Shown here in pieces: positions 20,228-28,476 of a stretch of 64,000 bases of DNA. The DNA lies in the NCBI GenBank assembly GCA_030648265.1, contig JAUSHX010000010.1, forward strand, positions 26,253 through 90,252, in the 5' to 3' direction. Each line of letters opens with the position of its first letter. Positions within the stretch are counted from its first letter, which is position 1. The position numbers and the translations under genes are program-made. The notes below the pieces were generated by a model. It had not been told where the DNA came from and did not search any database. It saw only the letters and a program-made list of their open reading frames with translations. Origin of the DNA: a bacterium (GTDB taxonomy: Bacteria > Patescibacteriota > Minisyncoccia > Phycocordibacterales > UBA2100).

Positions 20228-20890
20228 CTAGCCTCTAGCAGGGGAAGGCCACTCGGTGTTATTGATTGCCCTCACTTCCAAATTTGAGGCCTTACGGAGC
20301 TTCCTGATTGCCTTTTGCGGGGCGACATCAAAATGCCTGCTTCCGTCAAGCGCCTCTACCAGCCAATCTAATTCCTTTTCTTCCGTGACCCATTTCTCCG
20401 GAGCGTACCGGCTTAAATCAAACGGTTTAGAAAATCGCCGTAATGATTTCGTTCCGTCATCCATTATGTATTCATGGAAATATGACATCGCAAGTTCGCG
20501 CACACTTTTGTAAACAGGGTCTCTGTATCGGAGTATCGGGTGATTCGTCTTGCTTATAGCACCCCAGAGGCCATTCTCGGTGAAAAGAGCCACAACGTGG
20601 TCCTCGTCGCGGTCTATTGTGACAAGGTCCAGCAAAAGCGGTTTCTGGCCGTGGTAACAAAATGCCGCGGCCGCCAAAAGCGCGCCCTCAAAACAATGCG
20701 CAGTTTTATGTTGTATCAAGCGCCTCGGCGACATGTACGTTTCTTTTCCAATCTCAAAATTTATCGGAAGCGTATCCAAATAATCTTGTATCTTTTTCGG
20801 AGAATTAAGTTTAGCCAAAATTTTCCGCTCGGCAGGGGATAGCACGGCTTTTAATCTGTCGCGGTAGGCCATATGCCGTAGAATGTTCAT
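20228..20890 (-). CDS. Conserved hypothetical protein, transglutaminase/cysteine-protease-like
   Basis: AHCFEGAL...DHVVALF...WGAISK motif pattern (Cys/His). Start may be 20872. Confidence 0.65.
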   Translation of the reverse strand: MNILRHMAYRDRLKAVLSPAERKILAKLNSPKKIQDYLDTLPINFEIGKETYMSPRRLIQHKTAHCFEGALLAAAAFCYHGQKPLLLDLVTIDRDEDHVVALFTENGLWGAISKTNHPILRYRDPVYKSVRELAMSYFHEYIMDDGTKSLRRFSKPFDLSRYAPEKWVTEEKELDWLVEALDGSRHFDVAPQKAIRKLRKASNLEVRAINNTEWPSPARG

Positions 20891-21441
20891 TGTGTATTTC
20901 GGATCAACTTCTTGATTTTGTTCCTCTCTTCGGCTTCTAAGAACGTCAAAAAATCATTCAAATCCTTGCCAGCCGCAAAACAGTATCCGAAAACTGTCGT
21001 ATCGTCCACATCAGGGTAGGGAATCTGAATGCATTCCTGTACCCCACCTTGTTTGAAGTAAACGAGTGTTTTCTCGGGATTTTGGGTATGTCCACACTCC
21101 GCCACTATTGTATGGTCAGCGGTTAATACATCAGGGAAATATCCACAAAACTCATGTTCGTATACTACATCCCGGCTTCGTTGCTGTTTTAGATAAGTCC
21201 CGACGAGCATCTTTAGTGCTACGTGCGTGGAGCCGCCGCCAGCGGCTAAATCTGCGCGTTCTATCATCGTATTATTACTAGCGAGCGCAAGATATTCGCT
21301 CTTACGAGCGATAGAAACCGTTTGGTATTTCAAATAACCTTCGTTAACAAGAAATGCTATTTCGTTGATAGAATCAAGGTTGCCCGTAAAGGCGTGGCCG
21401 CCGGAGTAGAAAATATCGCGTATAGTTCCGAAAACGTCCAT
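20887..21441 (-). CDS. Hypothetical protein, possible PD-(D/E)xK-like fold
   Basis: 184-aa ORF with a PDV...AECG motif; operon-like spacing with neighbours. Confidence 0.6.
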   Translation of the reverse strand: MDVFGTIRDIFYSGGHAFTGNLDSINEIAFLVNEGYLKYQTVSIARKSEYLALASNNTMIERADLAAGGGSTHVALKMLVGTYLKQQRSRDVVYEHEFCGYFPDVLTADHTIVAECGHTQNPEKTLVYFKQGGVQECIQIPYPDVDDTTVFGYCFAAGKDLNDFLTFLEAEERNKIKKLIRNTQ

Positions 21442-21444
21442 AAA

Positions 21445-22128
21445 TTACTTGTTGCCAATGTCCTTCCCGCCGTGAAATTTCTCATGGATATCTCTGCCAG
21501 CCGATTGCACGAGAGGATCGGGATAGGATTCTTTCCTTTTGAGCAGGGCTAACAAAGTTTCCATCGTTACGATTTTAGTAGTATTCGGGAGAGGATTGAG
21601 TTTGGCATTCGCATAACGATTAATATCGTCTTGTTTCAAATTCTTATTTGCTACAACCAGAAATAATTCAACCGGAAAATTGCGGTATTTGCTCATCTTT
21701 ATGTTGATATTAGACTGCAGATATTTCATTGTCTCTGTATAGAAAACGTCAATGCCGAAATTTCCATCAGGTGAATAGACATAGAAATCAACACGATTCT
21801 TTGAAGACTCAAAAAACTTCTCCGTATGGACAAAGACCTCGCCGAATTTCTCGCGCAAGACTTTTTCCAGTGCGAGCTCCGCTTTGCGGCCTCTGATATT
21901 TACGCGAGTGGCGATATCACTTCTGAAAACACCTTTTCCGAAATGAACGTCCGAATATCCGAGTTGGCTACGCAACCGCGCGAGACCGCCGAATCGCATT
22001 TGAATGTTCCGGGAAGAGGGCAGGTATTCAAGCTTGTCAATTTCCGGGGCGCGCGGAAGCCGCCCGTGTTCATTTTTAAACCGCTCAAAGCCTTCTTTAA
22101 TCTTTTCAATTGTCCAAATTTCCCTCAT
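21445..22128 (-). CDS. Putative nuclease: N-terminal helical DNA-binding repeat plus PD-(D/E)xK-like domain
   Basis: WT.E.I...F...HGRLP...PS...I..RFGG N-terminus; E...RVDFY...GIDV C-terminal half. Confidence 0.55.
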   Translation of the reverse strand: MREIWTIEKIKEGFERFKNEHGRLPRAPEIDKLEYLPSSRNIQMRFGGLARLRSQLGYSDVHFGKGVFRSDIATRVNIRGRKAELALEKVLREKFGEVFVHTEKFFESSKNRVDFYVYSPDGNFGIDVFYTETMKYLQSNINIKMSKYRNFPVELFLVVANKNLKQDDINRYANAKLNPLPNTTKIVTMETLLALLKRKESYPDPLVQSAGRDIHEKFHGGKDIGNK

Positions 22129-22164
22129 AAGTACATTACGATTTACGATGATATACTGTTTTTA

Positions 22165-23121
22165 CTATTTAAGTGGATGAAATTTCTTATGGGTGCTTTC
22201 GGCGTATTTATCCGAAGCATGAACATATCTAGTGGTCGTTTCCAGCGACTCATGGCCGAGTAGAACCTGAATAGCAGCAGGATTCGCTCCTTGTTCGGCA
22301 AGATAAGTGGCAAATCCGTGCCTAAGAGAATGGGCGCTCGTAGGCACATTTATGCCGAGAAGTTCACGGTATTTCTTAATTTTCATTTGAAGATAATTGG
22401 GCGAAATATGTTTGCTCTTATCTCTAGCATTGCTTCCTCGTTTTGGGATAAAGAGAAAAGGGGAGTCATCGGCGCGGTCTTTAAGGTAATTGTCTATATG
22501 TTTTTTGGCACGCCCTGTGAGATACACAAAGCGTTGTTTCTTACCCTTACCCAGTATAAAAATCCTGCCCGTTTTATCTATCTGAGTTTTTTTAATACTA
22601 ATGAGTTCCGAAATGCGCATACCGGACGCAAATAGCATTTCCAGCGCAGCGCGATTACGTAAAGCGACCATTTTATTTTTCTCAAATTTCATCGGCGCCT
22701 CAATTAACCTTTTTAACTCTTCCAATTCCGACACTTGAGGGTGTTTTTTTTCCATACGGAGCAACTTAATAGACTCGGGCGCAATCGGTGTCACGGTATC
22801 CATGTCAATCAAGTACGACAGGAAGCGCCTTAAAGAGGTCAGCGTACGGTTTATAGACCCGCTCTTGAGCTCTTTTTGTGCGACCGCACCCTTGGCCGTT
22901 TTGCGGTCACGAGAGTTCAAGTACGCTTTAAATTGCTCGATTGTGCGTTTTGTAATGTCTGAAAAAGGAATGTTATCCATTTCTTGAGAGAGGAAGCGCT
23001 CAAAAGTCATTAGATCTCTCTCGTAGTTATACAAAGTTTCCTTCGAATAATTATTAGCCTGAATGTGCAAGAGAAAATCCTCAAGAAAGGGGAGTCTGGA
23101 TTTTGGTTGATTTGTGGACAT
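22165..23121 (-). CDS. Tyrosine recombinase, XerC/XerD family
   Basis: RNRA.LE.LFASGMRISEL, GKG.KQR, HSLRHGFAT, QVLLGH.SL.TT.RY (R-K-H-R-H-Y set); N-terminal SAM-like domain. Confidence 0.93.
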   Translation of the reverse strand: MSTNQPKSRLPFLEDFLLHIQANNYSKETLYNYERDLMTFERFLSQEMDNIPFSDITKRTIEQFKAYLNSRDRKTAKGAVAQKELKSGSINRTLTSLRRFLSYLIDMDTVTPIAPESIKLLRMEKKHPQVSELEELKRLIEAPMKFEKNKMVALRNRAALEMLFASGMRISELISIKKTQIDKTGRIFILGKGKKQRFVYLTGRAKKHIDNYLKDRADDSPFLFIPKRGSNARDKSKHISPNYLQMKIKKYRELLGINVPTSAHSLRHGFATYLAEQGANPAAIQVLLGHESLETTTRYVHASDKYAESTHKKFHPLK

Positions 23122-23124
23122 AGT

Positions 23125-23156
23125 TAACTGAGTATAATAACTCTAATACTCAGTTA
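23125..23156. other. Candidate tyrosine-recombinase core site (13-6-13) / dif-like or autoregulatory operator
   Basis: TAACTGAGTATAA-TAACTC-TAATACTCAGTTA with arms 12/13 symmetric. It overlaps the recombinase -10 box (TATACT on the - strand at 23131-23136). Confidence 0.55.
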
Positions 23157-23378
23157 TTATAGCATAAACCTGTAGTCATGGGGGAACGCTGTGGATAACG
23201 CATTTAGATCCTGTTTAATCCATTTCTGACGCTTAATCACTAACATAAAGGTCAGACAACGGGTATCGCTCGCGTTTTTCTACGTCGCGGAGAAAATTAA
23301 AAAGATACTACGGAGAATTAGTCACGCAATACGCGATACTCCATACACGATATAATATGCGTTTTCACTACCCCTCCC

Positions 23379-23969
23379 CTATTTCCAAGGAATTGGGAAT
23401 TCTTCAAATTCGGGCAAAAGTTTTCTTCCGTACAAAAGCCGTGCAATTACTTCTGCGTGTGATAAAGCACCTGTGAGCGCGTTGTGCGGACTGGGTTCCT
23501 CGGGAATCCCGCAATAGTTTAGAACTGCATCAAGGTCAAGCGCAGACCGGCGGTGCTTCACAGGCGGTTGAATCCCCCGCTCTATCATATGCATATAGCA
23601 GAGCGTGTGCGTATCTATAGTGCGATATGCAAATTGCCAATCTGTGTGTCCCGCACGCTCCGCGGCCGCCTTCAGAAAATCGCGGTCAAACGAAACATTC
23701 TGCCCCGCCAATGTCCTCTCCTCCACGCTCTCGCTCCAGTGTAAAAAAGCGTGTATCAAATCGCCTTCGCTTTGTTTCTTTGCGTCGGTGATCTGACTTT
23801 TGGTAAATCCGTTCACCTCAAGAGCTTCGTCCATAATATGTGCGCCGTCCCACACGCGACATTCTTCGTAGAACCGGTTTGTTGGATTCGAAAAATCAAG
23901 CGCGCCCACCGATACGATAGAGTGCTTTTTCGCCTCGGTTCCTGATGCTTCTACGTCAACGACAATCAT
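23379..23969 (-). CDS. DEDDh 3'-5' exonuclease (DnaQ/RNase T-like)
   Basis: VVDVEASG, GQNVSFD, IDT, HNAL..A. Confidence 0.88.
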   Translation of the reverse strand: MIVVDVEASGTEAKKHSIVSVGALDFSNPTNRFYEECRVWDGAHIMDEALEVNGFTKSQITDAKKQSEGDLIHAFLHWSESVEERTLAGQNVSFDRDFLKAAAERAGHTDWQFAYRTIDTHTLCYMHMIERGIQPPVKHRRSALDLDAVLNYCGIPEEPSPHNALTGALSHAEVIARLLYGRKLLPEFEEFPIPWK

Positions 23970-24166
23970 GTTAGAGATTCTTAGTGAGCGGTAGCGAGCT
24001 TAGAAGCTCTTACATCCCTCCCCAATTTAGTATCCGTTCTCATGTGTTAATTTTGCGATTTCGCTGAGACCGTCTCAACAGTATATCAAATTTGAGAGGC
24101 GATTGTGTGATACCAAATTGGGGAGGGATTAGAAAAATATAGTCGCTTCGCTTCTTATTTTCCTAA
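23970..24166 (-). repeat. Palindromic element E5 between the hypothetical gene and the exonuclease
   Basis: 21-bp stem 24014-24034/24109-24129 with one G.U pair on the - strand. The 3' arm is TGTAAGAGCTTCTAAGCTCGCTACCGCTCACTAAGAATCTCTAAC-ATG. Confidence 0.88.
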
Positions 24167-24514
24167 TCCTTTGCAATTTTTGGCGGGAGAATATCCTGCA
24201 GAACGAGCATTCGCCTCGCTCGTAAACCACACCTGATTTTGCGGAGCGATTTTAGCGGCTGAAGCGCACCATGGGAAATAGTATGCACTACCCGTTCGGG
24301 ATGCCACTATGAGGCCTCCTATACTCATTCCCCGCGGTTCTGCGACGGTAGGCGCATTTGTGATTGATACAGTGGCACGAACACTCTCCAATACAGACAA
24401 ACGCCCTAGTCCGAACGAGCCCAAAGCGACCAATAGCACAATAAGAAGCAGTCCCCACTCTCCTATCGCAACATCCGCCCAATTCTTGATTTTATTAGTA
24501 AAATCACGAAGCAT
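24155..24514 (-). CDS. Membrane-anchored protein with C-terminal Ada-like metal-binding motif
   Basis: TM segment followed by ASRTG..YYFPWC...I...N..WF.SE..A..AGY.PA.NC. Start estimated at ATG 24514. Confidence 0.7.
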   Translation of the reverse strand: MLRDFTNKIKNWADVAIGEWGLLLIVLLVALGSFGLGRLSVLESVRATVSITNAPTVAEPRGMSIGGLIVASRTGSAYYFPWCASAAKIAPQNQVWFTSEANARSAGYSPAKNCKGLGK

Positions 24515-24721
24515 AGCGTAGTAGATTTTACTATACCCTGTTAAATCCCGTTCTGCATCCTGCAGACGGGACAACTTGAATTATATCGGCGCATAATGTA
24601 TATTACTGGGAACTTGAGTAGGGATGCTGATACGGCTATCACATTTCATAGCATTTCAAGTTGTATTTAACAGGGTGTAAGTTGTTTCTAAACTCGCTTA
24701 CGCTCATTAAGAAAAACTAAC
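24508..24721 (+). repeat. Palindromic element E6 upstream of rpmA
   Basis: Stem ACCCTGTTAAAT 24535-24546/24665-24676 (same as E4), long structured loop, conserved 3' arm ending AAAACTAAC-ATG. The left arm is degenerate. Confidence 0.82.
24586..24613 (+). other. dif-like sequence
   Basis: GCGCATAATGTATATTA (24589-24605) matches 17 consecutive nt of E. coli dif (GGTGCGCATAATGTATATTATGTTAAAT); the XerD arm is divergent. Confidence 0.4.
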
Positions 24722-24994
24722 ATGGCCCATACAAAAGCAGGAGGAACAGCGCATAACCTGAATGACTCAAATCCTAAGTATTTAGGGGTTAAGCGCGCGG
24801 ATGGCCAGAAGGTTGGAGTGGGCGAAATTATTGTCCGCCAGAGAGGGACAAAAATCCTGCCCGGCAAGAACATCGGCGTAGGCACAGACCACACCCTTTT
24901 TGCGATGTCTGCAGGCGTTGTTCACTTCCGCTCAAAAAGAAAGATGGATTTTGACGGACGTTCTAACGTGCGTAGAGTTGTTGACGTTGTCTAA
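24722..24994 (+). CDS. rpmA: 50S ribosomal protein L27
   Basis: MAHTKAGG...[10 protein letters not shown]...[20 protein letters not shown]. Confidence 0.97.
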   Translation: MAHTKAGGTAHNLNDSNPKYLGVKRADGQKVGVGEIIVRQRGTKILPGKNIGVGTDHTLFAMSAGVVHFRSKRKMDFDGRSNVRRVVDVV

Positions 24995-25434
24995 ACCACA
25001 ACTACCTTGACAGTTACAATAGCTCGGTATTTCCCGAGTTTTATTTCTACACTCCTCTCCCCTGCTTGTTTGATTGGCTCATCCAAAATCACGGAGCTGT
25101 CACTAATTTCTTGTTTATATTTCCTAGTAATCTCACTCGCTATTTTTTTTGCGGAAATACTTTCATATAAATGCCCTGTTTTGTTTGCCTTAACGCGAAG
25201 AATGATTTTGTCCGCAGAAAGGTTGCGGGCTAATTCTTGAAACTGTGCGTCCTGTTCCTGTGCAATTGTTTCAGAGACCTTTTGCCGTTTATCGTGCTCG
25301 GCAATATTTTTAACCGACGCCTCTTGCGCTAGTCCGCGCGCGATAAGAAAATTTAGGGCGTAGCCGTCTGCGACTTCTTTCATCTGATCCTTCTTCCCTA
25401 CCCCTCCCACATCTTTGAGTAAAATTACCTTCAT
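24991..25434 (-). CDS. rplI: 50S ribosomal protein L9
   Basis: [13 protein letters not shown]...[14 protein letters not shown]...EPIK.AG. Confidence 0.95.
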   Translation of the reverse strand: MKVILLKDVGGVGKKDQMKEVADGYALNFLIARGLAQEASVKNIAEHDKRQKVSETIAQEQDAQFQELARNLSADKIILRVKANKTGHLYESISAKKIASEITRKYKQEISDSSVILDEPIKQAGERSVEIKLGKYRAIVTVKVVVV

Positions 25435-25569
25435 ATGGGCAATCCTACTTGAATTCCCCGTTTCCAGCAAAAGACGCCGTGTTAGAGAATGTGTTAGAGA
25501 ATTTTGTGCAGAAATTTGTCTACACCTTCGCGAGTATGGAAATAATACTCTGCGGCACTTGAGGCGGAT

Positions 25570-26388
25570 TTACCAACACGGGGCGAGAGCGCCCCAGAGG
25601 CCTGCCGCATCTTTGAGCTCCGCGAGACGAAGTTCAGGAAGCTTCGGATAAGGCGAGGAAAAGCGCTTGAGCGCCGACGCGACATCGGCAAGCCGGTAGC
25701 CGTTGTCTTCGTTCATCATTCCGCCTCCGAGCACGAAGATTTCAGGCGACCAATGCAGTATCATATTGTAAATTCCCGCCGCGAGGACGGGCGTCATTTC
25801 CGCGTAGCCTTCGCGCGGCGCCTTGCTTGGGTGAACTCCGTAGCGCTTCTCAAAAGCTCGTCCGGAAACAAGTTCTTCCAATTCCCTGCCCTCTTTCGCA
25901 TCCACGATTTGGTGTCCCGCTTCAAAGTCGTAGACGCCGCCGTCTATGCGCCCATCAACGACGCGGCCGCATCCGATGCCGGTGCCGACGCCGGCATACG
26001 CAACGATGCGCGCGCCGCGGCCTGCGCCATACGCCGCCTCTCCGAGAGCCGCGAAATCTCCGTCGTTCAGCACTTCCGCAGGCGCCCCAAGCGCGTGCGT
26101 AAGCTCCTCGGTGAGCGCGACGCCCTTCCATTCCGGAAGGTTCGGCGCGTACTGTATAACGCCCTTGCCCATTACGCCCGGAAAACCGCCCGCCGCGGCC
26201 TCTATTCCTTCTGCGCCCGCGCACTCGCGCGCGAGATTTGCGAGCGCTTTAACTCCCTCTTTCGGATTTTTAGGAGTCGGTATCTTGCGCACTTCGCCCA
26301 ATCCATCCTCTAATGCGCGCGCCGCGCGCATTGAGGTACCGCCTATGTCAAATACGATTTTCATCCCGTTAAAGCCAATTTTTGCCAT
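25570..26388 (-). CDS. ROK family sugar kinase (glucokinase-like)
   Basis: FDIGGT, ND...AALGE..YGAG, GTGIG, EAGHQ. Start is 26388 or 26364. Confidence 0.88.
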   Translation of the reverse strand: MAKIGFNGMKIVFDIGGTSMRAARALEDGLGEVRKIPTPKNPKEGVKALANLARECAGAEGIEAAAGGFPGVMGKGVIQYAPNLPEWKGVALTEELTHALGAPAEVLNDGDFAALGEAAYGAGRGARIVAYAGVGTGIGCGRVVDGRIDGGVYDFEAGHQIVDAKEGRELEELVSGRAFEKRYGVHPSKAPREGYAEMTPVLAAGIYNMILHWSPEIFVLGGGMMNEDNGYRLADVASALKRFSSPYPKLPELRLAELKDAAGLWGALAPCW

Positions 26389-26424
26389 AGTATCTGTTAT
26401 ATATCGCAACATTTCTAACGGGAC

Positions 26425-27618
26425 TCATTCTTCCATCATATCAAGAACGAGAGCGCCCCATGTGAAGTTGTGCGCCCCAATCCCCGTTCCTGTTTCCGGA
26501 TTGAAGCACTCGCGGAAGCCGGAGCGTTCAAGAAGCGCGATGCTTTTCTTGCGGATATCCTCGGCCTCTGCGGTAAAACCGTATCGCATGAGCCCATGGT
26601 AGATGAACCAGTGCGATCCTATCCACACCGGTCCCCGCCACGAAAAATCTTCCGCTTCCGGCCGGTACGACATTTCCCGAATGGATGTCGTGCGGATGCC
26701 GAACGGCGCCGCGAACGTGTCGGGGTTTTTGAGATGTTTTGAAACGACCTCCTCGGCTTCCTCCTTTGTATAAAGACCGGCGAAGAGCGGGATGAAGTGC
26801 GCCCATGTCGCGACTTTAAGCTTCGTGAAATCGGCGCCCATGGCGGACCAGTAGACGCCGTCTTCAAACATCCGCTCGCGCATCGCGCCAGCGACCGCAT
26901 CGGCTTCGCGCTTGAGCGAACTCTCGTACTCATCGCGTTTGAGGTATGCGGCGATTTTTGCGAGCACGCGCAGATTCTCCGCCAAAACCGCGTTAAAGAG
27001 CACGTCTTTTACCCAAAAGAAATTGCGCATGCATCGCCCCGCGTCAAAATCGCATTCTCTGTTTTTGTCCACAAGCTCCGTGCGCTTCGCGAGATGGTCC
27101 TTGAGCGAGACGGCGGACGGCACCCCGAGAGGAATATCAAAGCGCGGCGAGTTGTCCTCACCCGACTCATCCGGACTGATGATGCTCGCAAGATGATGCC
27201 CGTACGGGTCGCGCTCGGAAAGAAGATAATTGTAGTACGCGACGAGTGCGGGAAAAATAGAGGCGAGGAACGATGTGTCCGGCTCGCGGCGGTGTATCTC
27301 CCACGCGGCGTACGCGAGCATCGGCGGCTGCGTGAGAGAGCTCGTGCCATCCGTGCCCCAGTGAAAGAGGTGAAGGATTCCAGGCGTCCAATAAATTATG
27401 TGTGGCACAAGGCCGTTTGAGAATTGTTTTGAAAGAAGCGACTGTATCTCGGCCTTCGCGGATTCCACATCGTACCGCGCGAGGACGATGGCGTGGAAGC
27501 ACGAATCCCAAAGCCACTGATACGGATAGTGGTCGCCGGAGGGGACGGTGTATTGGTGGCCGTCCGTTGTGCGGCGATTTTCTTCAAGGAGTTTGCGCGA
27601 CTCGCGATAGACATCCAT
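26425..27618 (-). CDS. (alpha/alpha)6 glycoside hydrolase (GH63/MGH1- or trehalase-like)
   Basis: YPYQWLWDSCFH, TQPP, ESG.DNSPRFD, WRGPVW, FRECF.P.TG, FTW. Confidence 0.82.
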   Translation of the reverse strand: MDVYRESRKLLEENRRTTDGHQYTVPSGDHYPYQWLWDSCFHAIVLARYDVESAKAEIQSLLSKQFSNGLVPHIIYWTPGILHLFHWGTDGTSSLTQPPMLAYAAWEIHRREPDTSFLASIFPALVAYYNYLLSERDPYGHHLASIISPDESGEDNSPRFDIPLGVPSAVSLKDHLAKRTELVDKNRECDFDAGRCMRNFFWVKDVLFNAVLAENLRVLAKIAAYLKRDEYESSLKREADAVAGAMRERMFEDGVYWSAMGADFTKLKVATWAHFIPLFAGLYTKEEAEEVVSKHLKNPDTFAAPFGIRTTSIREMSYRPEAEDFSWRGPVWIGSHWFIYHGLMRYGFTAEAEDIRKKSIALLERSGFRECFNPETGTGIGAHNFTWGALVLDMMEE

Positions 27619-27630
27619 AATTTCAGTATA

Positions 27631-28473
27631 TCAGAGGGCGCGTGAACGGAACGCGGCAAGCCCCGTTAGAGACCGCGAGGGCTCGCAGCGCATATTCGTC
27701 TCTAACGGGGCAAGCCACAGGAGAAATTTCCGCACGCTTTCCGTATTATTGAGCGTATAGCTGGCCGCCGTCTCGGCGTTTTTTCCGTTCTTCACGCGAA
27801 TTGTGATGCCGCGCCGGAGAGCCCGAAACGCACCCTCGTCTGTCTCATCATTGCCGATAAAGATAGGGACGGCGTTCTTTGAGCTCTTAATGCAGGAGGC
27901 CATCATTGCCGCCGCTCTTCCTTTGTCCCATCCGGCTTTCGGAAGAATGTTGAGAACAAGGATGCCGCCAATGATGTGGAGGCGCGAGGCACCAAAGCGG
28001 CGCGCGATGCGCCGCACTTCGCGCTCTACCGCCCTAGGGTGCACGCGGGCGCGCCTGAAGTGGACGCTTATGGAAAGCTTTTTATCCTCCACATAGACGC
28101 CCTTGTAGCGCTTCTCCAGAGCTGTGAGCCCCTTTCGTGCCGCGCGAAGCGCGCGCATCATCGCGGGAGATACGGCAATCCGCTTTTGCTTTCCCGCGAC
28201 GAACCATTCAAGCCCGTGATTGCCGGCGATTGATACATTGCCGAGGCGGATGCGCTTTTTTACATCCGCGAGCGCGCGGCCCGTAACGATTGCAAGAGGC
28301 ATGCGCCGCGCGCATAGAGAGAGCGCGCGGCGCATGCCCGCGCTCATCCTTGCTTTGTCGGGCTTACTGACGATTGGAGCGAGCGTGCCGTCAAAATCAA
28401 GCATCACGACCGCGCCTCCCGCGCGCTCTATGCGCCGTGCGATTCTGGAGCGATTGGCGAGCGCGTCCCGCAT
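27631..28473 (-). CDS. otsB: Trehalose-6-phosphate phosphatase
   Basis: HAD motif LDFDGTLAPI, VTGR, GNHG.E, SVHFR, WDKG.A, G.DETDE.AF. Directly downstream of otsA. Confidence 0.9.
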   Translation of the reverse strand: MRDALANRSRIARRIERAGGAVVMLDFDGTLAPIVSKPDKARMSAGMRRALSLCARRMPLAIVTGRALADVKKRIRLGNVSIAGNHGLEWFVAGKQKRIAVSPAMMRALRAARKGLTALEKRYKGVYVEDKKLSISVHFRRARVHPRAVEREVRRIARRFGASRLHIIGGILVLNILPKAGWDKGRAAAMMASCIKSSKNAVPIFIGNDETDEGAFRALRRGITIRVKNGKNAETAASYTLNNTESVRKFLLWLAPLETNMRCEPSRSLTGLAAFRSRAL

Positions 28474-28476
28474 ACG

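Noticed and set aside
20228-23121. Prophage or ICE around the tyrosine recombinase
   Set aside because: No phage structural, replication or conjugation genes and no att-like direct repeats or tRNA were seen.
23190-23198. DnaA box (TGTGGATAA) suggesting oriC
   Set aside because: Single box with no dnaA or dnaN nearby. Gene orientation converges here, which fits a terminus rather than an origin.
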